Assembly (NCBI GenBank): GCA_013239625.1
Contig: MU057352.1
Span: 25,436,764 to 25,500,763, forward strand
Length of the DNA: 64,000 nt
From: Lama guanicoe
Lineage: Eukaryota
Direction: 5' to 3'
Shown here: one piece after another, positions 13,251 to 26,072 of the stretch
Numbering within the stretch: the first letter of the stretch is position 1
Layout of the letters: the number at the start of each line of letters is the position of its first letter
The notes under the pieces: generated by a model
Told to the model about the DNA's origin: nothing
What the model saw: the letters and a program-made list of their open reading frames with translations, nothing else
The model's database searches: none
Made by a program: the position numbers and the translations under genes

Positions 13251-14469
13251 TGATATAGTCTTCACTACAAGGGATGCTGAAGAGGATGCATCTCTAGGGA
13301 CTAATAAGATATTGGGAGTGAGGGTGCCCCACCTGTTTTGGGCTCAGTGTCATAGGGGGTTGTCGTGGAGAGGGCCTCAGGGGCAGAGGGAGAATCTGTG
13401 GTATTTGGGATCATCTCAATGTGGAAGCAGACAGGCTGCCCTGCGCAAGGTTCTCTGTACTTTCCCAGGTGCCTGACCCCCAGGAGCAACCAGCAGAAAT
13501 GCCCTGAACCAACGTGGGCTCCTAGAGGGCTGGCTAAATCCCAGCAGCACGAGCAGGCCGGGGCTGCCAAAGGGCCACGCAGTGACTGCTGACCTGCTGA
13601 TTTATAACGCAGCTGAGAGGGAAGGGCCGGACGAGCTCTTCCACGCCTTCTTAATTTAATTCTGTTGATAGCAGAGTGTGAGTCAATACAAGATGAACTG
13701 ATGATTGACCTTGAGCTAGGAAGAAGCTGAGAAAGGCACTTGAACGTCAGCAGCAGTGGATCTGGGATTACGCTTACTTTCACAATCCTACTTAATAATT
13801 TAACTGTTAAGTGTTTCCTTAACACCTCAAGACAGAATTTAGAACTAAACCTCTCTCCTAAAAAGGAGGGAGGGGACAGGAATGAACAGATATTGGTCAC
13901 CTACCCTGTGCCAGGCATATCAGAGCCTCACGCAGCCCCAGAGCAGTTTAGTTATTCCATTTCACTGAGATCCAGAGATGGGAGGGGAATTTCTAATTCA
14001 AGAGAGTCTGGATCTGAAGCCAAAGCCCTGGTTTGCTCCATTAATGCTCCATTAATACAGTGTTTCCCTTGGAATGAATAGATTTTAGATGGGTTAGTCT
14101 TTATTTTGCCACAAAGGTGGCCTATTTTGTTCGTACATGTCTTTGCCTCCTTTTGTGCTGGTTTCTGCTTGTCCGTGGGACATCTGCTGCCACTAACTAG
14201 TTTACCTAATTTGAAACTGTTTCAGCTTTCTCTGAACCCTGGGCATATGGTGAGAGATTCTTCACCTTCATCTATGAGAGATGTATGCAGTGTTTAGAAA
14301 GATGGACTTTGGAGGCAGAAAGACTTGATCTAGAATCCACAACTGTTACCTACGGGCTGTGTGCACCTGGGTAACTGTCAAATCTCTCTGAGACTATGTC
14401 CCTCAGATTGTTGCTGTGAAGGTTAAATAGGGCAATGGATGTAAAGTGAATGATGCATATGCAAAGCAG

Positions 14470-15240
14470 ACACAAATTATTCATATCTAGCATTTATAAA
14501 GAACCTTTGTAAAACCTGTAAGAATAAGGCAAACCACCTAATAGAAACCCAGGCAAAAGGTATGACCTGGAAGTTTACCGAAAATGGTCAATCAACAACA
14601 GTAAAGAGATACACAAACTTATTACTCACGATCAAGGAACTATTAATGAAAGCGATGAGACAAAATTCTCACTCATAAATTCAATGAGAATTACAAGGAC
14701 TGCTGCTTATTAAAAGAGAAACTGGTCCCACTTTGTTGGAGAGCCATTTGGCAATATTTTAAAAAGTGGGAAATGAAGATACAATCCAGCAAATGTGCTC
14801 TTAGATATAAACCCCAGGAGACATGTTCAATGATGATCACAGAGGCATTGATAACCTTCTAAAAGGTCAAAGGATAAATATATTTTGGTGTGTTCATATT
14901 GTATGACATGTACATACAACAGCTAAAAGGAATTAGACCTGTAGAAATGAGCCTAGATGGATCTAAAAAGATAATTGTTGCATTACAACACAAGAATTTT
15001 ATAAATAATTTATGAATACAGACATAACTAATTATATGTAAAACACAGAGATGGGAAGGATATGTGTTAAGTGCACTTGATGTTGACTCTTGGGAGGAGG
15101 GCAAAAGAACAAGTTGGGGAAGGGAACTTCAACAACATCTGCAATGCTTTATACTTTTAAAAATGCCGAAGTAAGCACAACTAATTCTTAGCATTATTTA
15201 TTTCGATGGGTTGGTTCATAGATGCTCACGTTATTAGCAT
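14470..15240 (+). mobile_element. Degraded L1ME-like ORF2 end and 3' UTR
   Basis: A-rich, with remnants such as ccactttgttggagagccatttggcaatat and gatacaatccagcaaat. Confidence 0.55.
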
Positions 15241-15458
15241 CAGACATATTTTCTGAGGCTTCTTGAACTATCTTGACCTCCTCTTTCTCTCAGACTGTTG
15301 GCACTTGTTCTGGTCTCAGTGAGACCTATGTGCTTCCTACCCCCGAGGCCGATCAGCCACATGCTCAGTGTCTGGCTCCTCCCACCACTTCCAACTCAGA
15401 TGAAGCTCCACCAGGCAGGTGTGGGGTCAGCTTTACCCCGGGGCTGTGGAAGGGGCCA

Positions 15459-15470
15459 GGTGACGTCACC
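15459..15470. promoter_or_regulatory. Full palindromic CRE (TGACGTCA) within a 12-bp palindrome; candidate CREB/ATF site
   Basis: GGTGACGTCACC seen directly; function is inferred only. Confidence 0.35.
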
Positions 15471-16066
15471 AGGAAGCACATCCGGGGCGTGAACTGTGAC
15501 CAGTGGGAGAAAGGAGAGGGAAGAGGCCAGCAGATTCCTCTCCCCTCCTCCATTTGAGATGCTTTTCCTTACCTCACCGCCTACCTAGAGATATTCCAAT
15601 TGGCCAAATGAGCGCATCCTCCAAGGCACCAGCTGAATCTCTTTGCAGTTCATTCTGGTCAGCACAATATGGCATTAACTCGTATTTACCTCCCACCCTC
15701 TTCTTCACTTCTCTTTTCCCTGACTTCTGCTGCCCTGGGTTTGCACTTCATGCTTGCCTCGGGCTCTGTTATCTAAGGAATCTAGGCTAAGATATTATTT
15801 TTTTTGTATTTTTCTATATTTCAAAAATAACAAAATGCAGGGAAGATAGTAAGTACTCCATGCACAGTGTCTGCTATTATTAGTATTGCTACAGACAAAT
15901 TAGAGTCAAACCCTCCAGTTTTGGAGCTATTGAGATTGAACAGACCATCCATTATTACATTTGGCCGCACCTAAGCTGTGATTTAGTCCAAAATTTAATG
16001 GATTACTTAATCCGTCATGCAAATACATGATGAAACTGAAAACTAGGGATTTGACTGGGCACTTAC

Positions 16067-16239
16067 TCTCCACTGTGGTTCAGGCTGTCGTAGCGCAGAA
16101 ACAGCCCTGCATAGATGGTCTCAGTCAGCAGGGCATAGATAGCGATCATAATCAGCAGCACAGCCAGCTTCAGGACAGAATTAAGTCGGAGAAAAACCGC
16201 ACAGGTCACCATGGCCAGCACCCCCGTGAAGACGAAGTA
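16067..16239 (-). CDS. ADCY8: ADCY8 coding exon (173 nt, ~exon 12): [57 protein letters not shown](E)
   Basis: Acceptor ccttctctgtttccag|TACTTC and donor GGAGA|gtaagt. Starts in phase 0, ends in phase 2. Contains an N-H-S glycosylation sequon. Confidence 0.96.
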
Positions 16240-16334
16240 CTGGAAACAGAGAAGGTAGATGGTCAAATTCAGTAGGAATGTGGGAGGGTCATCCTCCTAG
16301 TCATGAATGCCAGTCGGTCTCCTAATACAGATGT

Positions 16335-16800
16335 TTACTGAGCATCTCCGTTTGGAAGTCTCAGGCCATCCCCAAACTCCAACTCCTCAAATTCAACTCC
16401 CATGTTGAACTCATCATTTCCGTAGCACCTCCCCAAATCTCTGTTCCCTAACTTCGGGGAACCATTTGCACCATTCCTCAAGCCAGAAAACTTGATCTCA
16501 TCTTTGCTGTCTTTCTTTCCCCCACATTCCACAGCCGGGTCATCCTAAGTCTGTAGATTTTACTTTCTTAATAAATCTCACATCCATCTACTTGTCTCCC
16601 TCTACTTTGTTTCTGTTTTAGCTTTCACCTATAGTTTTGAAACCATTTTCTGGTAGCTCTATCTGCTTCTAGCTCTCAATTCCCACTAAATACACACTCT
16701 TATTCCCTATCCAGTATTTCCAAGACACAGATCTGATCACGTTACTCCCTAACTTGAAGTGTTTTCATTGCTCTCTGTTCCCCCCAATTATGTTCTCCAT
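16335..16800 (+). mobile_element. LINE-2 fragment directly upstream (in the transcript) of the 16239 acceptor
   Basis: actgagcatctccgtttggaagtctcaggccatcccaaactc; tcaagccagaaaacttg; cagatctgatcacgttactccc. Confidence 0.7.
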
Positions 16801-19800
16801 CCTGCACAGCAAAACCCTCGAGGCCATCATATATGGATTTCCTTTCACTTTCCAAACCCCACCTTATGGTCTAGCCTCACTGTCTACTTGCTGTCTCCCA
16901 CAGCGCTTTCCCCACTCTCCTGTGCCTTGGCGTTTTGTATCTTGTGTCCTGTTGCTCAAATCTCATCCAGGTAACTAAGCCTTACTCCTCTGGTGTTTCT
17001 CCTGTGAGAAGCCTTCATGCATCTCTCCAGGTGCTTCCGGACATGGCCTCATTCCTCCATAGCATACATCACCACCCAGCTTAATATCTGCCACCCTGTG
17101 TTAGAAGCAGCCGCTCAGTGGGCCAGTTTGGAACCACTCAAGGGCTGTAATGTTGGAGTGGTCCCCATACGTCAGTCCGCGCAGGTGGATTTCAGCCTTC
17201 TATAGGGAGCGCCTCCGCCCATTTCCTTATAGAAGAATCCCACAGTGTCCTTCTGGATGGTAGGTTTGGAATCTGACTATCTAGCAGGAAAAAAAGGATA
17301 AAACTCGCATCATCAAAGTCCCGCTTGGTGGTGGTACTTCTGATGTTTATACACGTCTTCTCTTGCAGTTTTCAAAGTAACTGATCAAGAAGGGAATCAT
17401 AATTTCCATTTTATAGGGGAAGCAACTGAGTCTCATAGAGCTTAAGCAAATGGTTCAAATTCTCATAACTAGAACATTGCCCCTAGGATATCTGGATACA
17501 ACCTGCCCATGTGAATGTAATTCTGGTGGGCATATAGGGCTTAATAATTTAAAAAATCCATTCCAGCCCTGTTATGTATGGCTCCTTCCAGAAACTGGTT
17601 GTCTTCTCTCTCTTATTACATGAAGAGACAATTTCTGTGAGGGGCAGGGGAAATGGGTAAGAATTTCCGGAAATCCCCGAGCAACTACTGAATCACTGAT
17701 TTCTTAAGCCAACTGACTCATTTGTGTCTACTTTCAACAAGGGCAGTGATACCAACAAATGTGGACAGCACCCTGACTGAGTTGCCCCTGAGGGCAAAGG
17801 ACAAGTGCCATCATGGTGCACGGGGTTGACCCAGAAATGAGTAAGGCACTGCCCTGCCTTTAAGGAGCCTGGTGTCTGGGGCATCCTTTACTTTTGTTTC
17901 TTCCTATCCTAATAAATCCAATTGTGTCCTTGTCTCCAATGGAATGATAAGCTTTCTTCATCTCTCCTGAAAGATCTTCCCTTGGCAAAATTGTTTGGTA
18001 ACTTGTCCTGATGCCTCTGTGCAGGAAGCTGTGAGTGAAGTGAGAAGACAATAACTAGTTCATTTTTCAGAGTTTATCTTTTTTCTATCCAGAGAAACTC
18101 CCAAGATCTTCCATTTTAACAAATGGAGGAAAGAGGAATCGATCTGAGGGGACCTGTCTCATTGTTACTTGCATCACAAGCAAAGGTCATGCATAGCTTT
18201 GCCAATGCAAATCATGAATCACTTATAAGGTCAAAAGCCATGAGATGATTGTTCCCTTGAGCAAAAACCTAAGAGGGCACAACAGCTAAATATTAGAAAT
18301 ATAATAAACATTTATTGCATGGCTGTTGTAATCAAAGCATGGTGCTAGGCACTGGGAATTCAAGGAAATGGCCCAAGCCTGAAGGAAGTCAAGGTCTAAA
18401 CTGTGAATGAGACGTGGAAACATCAACAGTAACAAAGTGTTAAGTGGAGCAATATCTGATTGTTTGCTTGAAACAAGCATTTTATAAGCTAAAGCAGGCA
18501 TTTAGGACCTGCTGGGCACCAAGCATGGTGCCAGGCTGGAAGGTGCCACCTGAATGTCAGGACATGGTCATAATTTTCATAAATTACCATGGCAGTATGA
18601 ACACATTTTCATCTTAGAAGAAACAGAAAGAAGAATTTTACACAATGATGACTCAAAGAAGATCTTGAGCATCTGTCCACACCAATCACATCCACTGGAG
18701 TGTCTGTAGCCATTTGGTTGTGGCCCAGATCCTACAGCATTGTGAACTCACAGAACAAGAAGGAGTCACTGTCATTCAAAGAAAGGATCCAAACTTGCTG
18801 ATTCATACAGAACCTAATTCTTAGCTATTATAAGTCTTGGTACCAGCAGCACTGTGAAGGCACACAGGCCAACAACAGAGGCTGCTCTGCTTCTCCCTGA
18901 GTCCTGACTCCCCTCACGGTCCAGGAATGAGGTTGTCATGAACCTGGGGCCACCACAGGTGCCAGGTGGAGGTAACTGACCTGACTCTCCAAGCTGCTTA
19001 CTGGATTGTGTTAGGTAGGGGAAAGGGGGCATTTTGAGTGTGCTTGGGGCTCTGGTACAATCTTACTGTGTTTTGTCTTATTTTAGACCCTGCTTTCCAT
19101 GGTTGACCTTTTTTTTTTCCATACTAGGGGAAAAATAATGAATGCTCTCTAGTTCATTGTAGCTATTAACTCGGATCTGTCAAAACTGCGTTTAAATTCC
19201 ATAAGTAGATGTGCTGTTTACATCTGACTTGAGCTGAGGACAGATGGACTCTTGTGGTTATTTCCTAGAAGGGACTACAGTCTCAGTCAAAATTTTAACT
19301 TCATACTAATTCACAAGAAGGCATACTTATGTTAATGACATCTACATTATAACTATGAAGCAAAACCTAATCAATGAGCAGGCAAATAGCTATTTCTTAT
19401 GGAAAGGCATCACTTCATAATTTAGAAAAATAAATAAAACAATGATGCTTTTCTTGACAATGCTTATAGGTCAATTCAACATAGTCAACTTGGGGGACTA
19501 TGTGCTCATCTCAACCATGATTCTTTAACAACTGAGCTCAGACACCTACACATTATCTTCAGAGTCTATTTTTGAAAAATACCAGAAATGCAATCTCTCT
19601 GTATTTGCTGCCTAAACGGTGATGTCCAGCCAGATAACTCATCTTGGTGACTTCCAAAAATCAAATGTGTTCCCAGAGGGTAATGATTTGACATTGTTGA
19701 ACATACCTAGGAAGCAGATGTTGTCAGCTAAGAACAAGTAGCAAAGAGGAACGTGGTGGCCTTGTTGGACTACTCCCTTGACCTGGGCAACAACTGAGGG

Positions 19801-20084
19801 TCTGGAAGGATCTGGATCCCTGAGAGTGATCCAACTCAAGGTGGTCACCATTTTGTAAATAATTAGTGAGGCCAGAAGATTGATATTGCTATGAAACTGT
19901 GGCTTGCTCAGATTTTTAGTACACATGATTATGTAGGTAATCTCATGTTTTAGAGCACAAAGCCTTGTGCATTTAAAAAAAAATTGTTACATCTGTATCT
20001 TCTTCCTTAAACTCAAACCTCTACTTGGACAGGCACTATTTACTCTTAGTTACCAAAGCCTTTAAGAAAGAGAGGGAGAGAAGA

Positions 20085-20240
20085 AAGAAACTAACATTTA
20101 TTGAGTGTTTCATGTATATTATCTCTATCTGTCATCCAAATAATCTCACAAGATATTAACAATTCCATTATACAGATGAGGAAACTGAGGCTCAGAGAGG
20201 TTAGTGACTTGCCCAAGGCTACTCAGCTAGTAAATGGCAG
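20085..20240 (-). mobile_element. MIR SINE
   Basis: Near-consensus core acagatgaggaaactgaggctcagagaggttagtgacttgcccaagg. Confidence 0.88.
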
Positions 20241-21239
20241 AAGAGTGCTTTCTCGTTCTATTTCACCACACAGCCTTTACCATTCAGACCTATTCTGTCT
20301 CCCATGCACAATTAATGTCCTTAAAGACTTGGAATCTAAGCTTCAGTGAGACAGGACTTGTTGGTTTTTGGATAACATTGTGTTATTATAGCTTTTGGCT
20401 CTTTGTTGGGAAAGGCAATTCCAAAAATTAATTATCATTTGGGGAAAAAAACAAAATGATCTCCTCTATGTATTTAGCCATAACATAAAACTGGCTCAGT
20501 GTAGGAGCCAAATGAGCTTATACAACATCCCTCTGTTCAACTAGAAAACATTCTGAAATGACAGTGGAGCGATTTGACAATTTCTTTGAGCTATTCTTTG
20601 TTTGAATTATTTGGTGGTGGGTCTATCTCTGTGGAAGTTTGGGAAAATCTAATTTTATCCTGAATACCAGCTGGGGATTTTAGACCACAGTGAATACATT
20701 TTCCTCCAAAATCATTCAGAGTTCTGATTCTTACCTGAGGAGTTAACCAGAGAAATGAAGGCAAGAGTTTAGGGAGGCACTAATTTTTACAGCCACTTTT
20801 GGAATTTAAAAAATCTGCTTATTTGCTTTATTACCACTGATTGACTCTTAATTGTTTCTTTTCCTCTTTTTTTGCTCCTTCTTGCTTTTTTTCCCTTTTG
20901 TCTTCCTTTTTAAAGTCCCCTTCTTTCTTCCTTCCTCTTTGTCATCATCATCATAATGACTGATGTTTAATGAGCATCTATTATGCACAAGAAATGGTAG
21001 TAAATGTACATATGCATTTTTTTCAAAGTCTCATGATAACCCTGTGACGTATCCACAGTCATTATCCCCAGTGTGGAAATGAGGCTCAGAGCTTGAGTAA
21101 CTTGCTCAAGACCACAGTTATAAGCATCGGAGCTGGAATTTAAGTCAAAATTTTCTGACTGCCGGTTTCTGACAGACCCTCTGTAATTCTGCTCCTCACT
21201 TTTCTTTGTCTGTCTTTCTGACTCCTTCCTCTTTTGTGC

Positions 21240-21730
21240 TCAGTTTTAAAGATAGCTTTATTGAGTTATGAGTGTCCTACAATCAACTGTGTAGATCTAA
21301 TGCATACCTTTGAAAAGATTCAGTATTTGTACACATCTGTGAAACCATCACCATCAAGAAAAGGAACACTTACACAAGTTTCATTGTGTCCCTTTATAAT
21401 TTCCCTCCCACATCCTTACCCCTCCTCCCCACGCAACTACTGACTTTTTTCTGTTACTGTGTATCAGTTTGCATCTTCTAGAGTTTTAAATCAATGGGAC
21501 CATACAAGTGCATACTGTCTTTGTTTTGTTTATTTCCCTTAGCGTAATGATCTTGGGATTCATCCACGTTATTGCACATCTGTCAATAGATCATTCCCTT
21601 CTACTGATGGGTAGTAGTTCAACAGATGAATATTCCACAGTTTGTTTATCCTTTCATCTACTTACAGACATTTGGGTTGTTTCTAGTTTTCGGCTTTACA
21701 GGAAGGTTGTTATGAACATTCTTTTCCAAT
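21240..21730 (-). mobile_element. Old L1M 3'-end fragment
   Basis: agctttattgag...tgtgaaaccatcaccatcaag...gacatttgggttgtttctagttt...gttatgaacatt. Confidence 0.75.
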
Positions 21731-21778
21731 ACACAAATATAACTTTTTCATATTTTCTAATATAAAACATTTCTCATT

Positions 21779-21898
21779 ATTTTTTCCAAACAAAAAGTTT
21801 ATTACGCAACAAGACGCTTGATTTGAAGAGAAAATTATCTAGGATTCATTTCTTTTAGAGTAATTTATCCCTACTCAAAGACCAATTGCCTCGTATGT
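21779..21898 (-). pseudogene. Probable ~120-bp retrocopy of an mRNA 3' end (AATAAA plus A-tail remnant); parent gene not established
   Basis: Minus strand reads ...gtagggataaattactctaaaagaaatgaatcctagataattttctcttcaaatcaagcgtcttgttgcgtAATAAActttttgtttggAAAAAA. Flanked by a partial direct repeat, tcattat (21774-21780, 21904-21910). Confidence 0.55.
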
Positions 21899-23680
21899 TT
21901 ATTTCATTATCTGATTGGATTTACTTTCATTCTTGTAACACAAAAAATAAACATTTGGATCTAAAAAAAGAAGAAGTGTCTTCGTAGACTTTTGGTCTTA
22001 CTTTTAAGAATTTTTTTAAGGAAGAATTAGAGCAGCATATAATTTAGGGATAATTATTGCACATTACTGAAGCGAGACCCTTCTGATTGCTCTGCCTAAT
22101 GTCCCATGAACTATGATGTTTTCCAGTCTGGCTGGTGGGAGAAGTCACTCTTCCCAGCCCCGTGTGGGCACCAGGCACCAATCCTTTCAGACGGTTCTTT
22201 CCCAAGCATAGTGTAGTTTCCTCACTGACTGGACCCTCTGCAGATCTCTGAGTTTTTCTGTCTCTGCAACTTTTCTTCTCTCTGGTCATGTGTCCTGCAA
22301 ACTCTAGCCATGTTGGTCTCCCCAGATTCTCACCTCTATCGCCTCAAATCAGGGATTGAACTAGTTTCTATCTGGATTCTCCCAACCTGAACCACATCTA
22401 AAACTTCTCTTAAAGCAAGATGATGTTCAAGCAATCAAAAGACTCGCTTCATTTACTTCCTGTCTTTCAGGGATCACTGTCCTTCAATACCTGATGCCCT
22501 GTGTCTTGAAAACGATTGTTTCATATATTTTGTTTGTTTGTTTTTAGTTGTTTCAGGTGGGAAGGCAAATCTTATCTCTGCTACTCCATTGGAAATAAAT
22601 TTAAGAAAAATTATTAAACAGATTGAAGGCTCTGTCCTGTGCTGCGCCCTTTGGGTAATATTAAATAACTATACAATATTGTCTTTTCTCCTTAGAGCAA
22701 TTTATAAATTTGAAGGGTTGGAAGACTGTCTCAGCTAGATAAATAAATTATAGAAAGGATGGAGTGTGAGTACTAAGAAGATGCCTTAAGGGCATGTGAG
22801 ATGGCAGGAAATAATCTGAAGGGATTTGGTCCACCAAAGAACTCATTTTGAAAAGGAGAAGCTTGAAGCTGAGTAGGACCTGAATACATGGCGGAGAAAT
22901 GGGAGAAAGCGCCGGGATACAAAGACAGAGATGATTACAGCTCTGGGGAAAATTGGCTCTCAGGGATCCTTTAAAACCATAGCATACTCTGACTGCTCCT
23001 GCAAGTCCAGCTGACTATTGATTCAAATGTGCCAGAGCAAGTAATAAAGGGGCTTGATTGTAAAACGAAGCTCTCCCCATTGAGCTTCCTGAGAACCACA
23101 TTCTGGTGCTTGAGATAATGATACTCTGGGTTTGCACATGTGACTGTCATTCACTTTACAAACCTGTGCCTCTTCGCTCCCCTAGACTGCTTCTCAAATC
23201 ATAGCCAGAATTTAGCTTTCTTCACTGTCCTTTCCGGAATTGTTACTCTTTTTTTTGGTAATTGGCAAGCTCCAGTTTAGAAATAAATTGTACTTTGTAG
23301 CATATATTATAACCGATTCTTATGTTTATTTCACATCATCCAGAATAATATGCTTCTGGACTGACAATCATTTATCATGGGGTGAGGTAGAGACGTCTGG
23401 TATACAGGTGAAGGAACCAAGGCTCACAGAGATGAAATGATTTGCGTGAGGACACACACTTGTGAGTGAGGGGAGGTGGCTGTGTAGATTAAGTCTTTTA
23501 GAAGGTTTGAATATCTGATTCATCCTAGTTTGGTAGACAAATCCTTAGGTAGAGAAGCGCAGTCACATAGAACAGGACAGCAAATGGTAGGTCAAACCAG
23601 GTTGCTGTAGCAGCTGGTGGTGGAAAGAGCCCAGATGCCCATCTTTTAGACCAGTGGGATTCCTGCACCCGAGGGAATGT

Positions 23681-23903
23681 CAGGAGCTGGGAAACTTTGT
23701 CTGTCAAGGGCCAGACAGTAAGTATCTTTGGATTAATGGGCCACACTACCTCTGTTGCAACTACGCAGATCTGCTGGTAAATTAGTATAAATGCAGCCAT
23801 AGACATTGCTAATAAGTGGGTGTGTTTGTGCCCCAAGAAAACTTTATCTACAAAACAAGTGGCAGGCACAATTTGGCCTGTGGCCATAGTTTGCTGACCC
23901 CTG
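23681..23903 (+). mobile_element. MER58A-like hAT-Charlie non-autonomous DNA transposon
   Basis: caggagctgggaaactttgtctgtcaagggccagacagtaa ... ggccatagtttgctgacccctg; imperfect terminal inverted repeats; about 220 bp. Confidence 0.85.
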
Positions 23904-24351
23904 GGCAAGATGATACTTTGGAGGAGATAAATATTAAACCTCTGATTCATTTATTTTATCTCACTTTTTAACATTTCTCTTTAATGAGTATGTTTCCTAA
24001 TGTACATGATCTATTAGCACAGTGGTAGAGGTAGGTAATTGATAGGTAAACAGGCTCAAAACCTTTTCACTTGGTAAGTAAATCATGGCTGACACTTAAT
24101 CAGCAGTTATTTTGTGCCATGTGTTGTGGCTCTGAACACTTTTCATGGATTAATTCACTTAATCCTCACAACCACCCATGAGGAAGGTATTGCTTTCAGC
24201 CTCATTTTGCAGTTAAGGAAATAGAGGTCACAGGGATGAAGCTATGTGATCCTAAAGCTTACCTACCACTTTCTTAGGACTGGGAAATCCGTGAGTGCTG
24301 TGGCCCTGAGTTTGGGAGTTCAAGTCTGGGGCCAAAGGTACATAGATCTGT

Positions 24352-24387
24352 TGATTTAGAGGCTCAGTTTGATTTAGAGGCTCAGTT
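24352..24387. repeat. Perfect 18-bp tandem duplication
   Basis: tgatttagaggctcagtt x2. Confidence 0.9.
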
Positions 24388-25589
24388 TAATATTTCACAA
24401 ACACCAACTTCATGTCAGACCACATGTTAGAAACTCAACGCTTGCCAACTCATCTAGGTGGGCACAGTGAGGACATGATATTCCTTGACTCTACGGTCAC
24501 CATGTGAAGAAGGTACTGTTTTTCCCACTTTACAGATGAGGAAGCTGAGGTTCAGAGAGAGTATGAACTGACTCAAGATTCCACTGCTAGCAAGTGAAAG
24601 GGTTCATTTGGGAGTGAAATCCAGCTTTTGCCTAACTCTAAATATCTGATTCTTGGCTGACTTACTGCTGCTTGGGACACTCCTCATGCCCTCCAAACCA
24701 AGAAGTTCTCAGGGAGCTGGCATCCCACAGAGTCCACAAAATCGGAGCTCACTCATTATTGGTGGGAGGAGGGGCCAGAGCACATGGTCTGCCCCACGCA
24801 GCCCTGAAACCAGAGCTAGTCTCGTCCTGCCCAGGACTTCCTTGAGAAGAGCCTAGTTCCTCCCTAGGGACTGAGACCAGATTCAGAACTATGAGCTCAA
24901 GAAGAAGTCAGATATGGTTTGAACTGTAATAACAAGTCTCGATAACTGAAGTAGGAAGGGAAAGGCAGAAAGAAGGAAGGATGAAAAGAAGTGAAAAAGA
25001 ATGGAGGGCAGGCAGGAGCGGCACTGAGCAAGGTCCCTCCTGAGCCTTAGCGTCATTACCTGTGAAGCGGAGCCGGTAAGAGCGTCCGCCCGCGCGTCTC
25101 GAGGACGGAATGACGCTGCGCCTGTCAGGTAGTGCTCTGTACTGGGGGGTCAGGGGTGGGCTTTCTTTCCACTTCAGAACATTTCTCAGACCAATCCTGG
25201 GGCCGGGGTGAGGTAACAGAGAACCTTTCCCCACCGCATGTTGGAAGGGTGCTTAGAGAACAAAAATCTACCCAGGGACCTCAGGGCATGGGATTGGCTG
25301 GACTTTGCTGGGACATCGCAGCTGTCTTCCTGCTTGACCCAGAACTTATGTCCCAGTACGTGAAGGTCTGGGTCATGGCTTACCAGAGCTGAAGATGGTC
25401 CTTTGCCTGATCCCATAGGCTGACCCCACGGCCCAGGGCCAGACTAGCGGCCGTGTGGCCGAGAGAGGGTCAGACTTACAATATGATGCTGAGTGTCATG
25501 TCGGGACACCTCCTGAGTCTGTTGCTCTGGGCACTTTCTGTATCATTTTCATTTACGTTTAGTTGTTTACTGCATTTGTGATTTACTAG

Positions 25590-25980
25590 CTTCCTTCCTT
25601 CTCCATCTCCTTCTTTCCTTCCTCCATTCCTTCCCTCTTTCCTTCCTTCCTTGCTTCGTTTCTTTTCCAGTGCAGCAAACTCTGAGCAATAACTCTGTGC
25701 TCTGCCCTATATTGGAGACAACAGCGTATTCTGCTGTAGGATTTTAAGATGCGTTGGGGGAAATAAGAAGCGAGGAGGACGCAAAGGGAAAGAAGAAAAT
25801 CGGTAGAGGAGAAAGTGGAGAAGGAAGAATGGGATGAGGAAGGATAAGAGAGAGAGAAATGGGAAACAGAGGTGGTGGAGGGAGCAAGAAAGAGGCAGAA
25901 GAAAAGCAAAAGATACGGTTGAGAAGGAAGGGTACAAAGGGGAGGAAGAGGAAAAGGAGGAAGAGGCAGAGGAGGGAAAA
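25590..25980. repeat. Adjacent pyrimidine-rich (25590-25670) and purine-rich (25780-25980) low-complexity tracts
   Basis: cttccttccttctcc... followed by gaagaaaatcggtagaggagaaag...ggagggaaaa. Confidence 0.85.
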
Positions 25981-26072
25981 CAGGCCTCTGGAGGGCTAGA
26001 ATGTCTAAGGCCCTTCAGCCAGCCCTGCTGCTGTGGGGCTGGCGAGGTTCCTAGGCCCCAGCCTCGCCAAGG

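Noticed and set aside
13301-13900. 199-aa minus-strand ORF
   Set aside because: No recognisable domain, non-ATG start, no convincing splice boundaries; consistent with a chance ORF.
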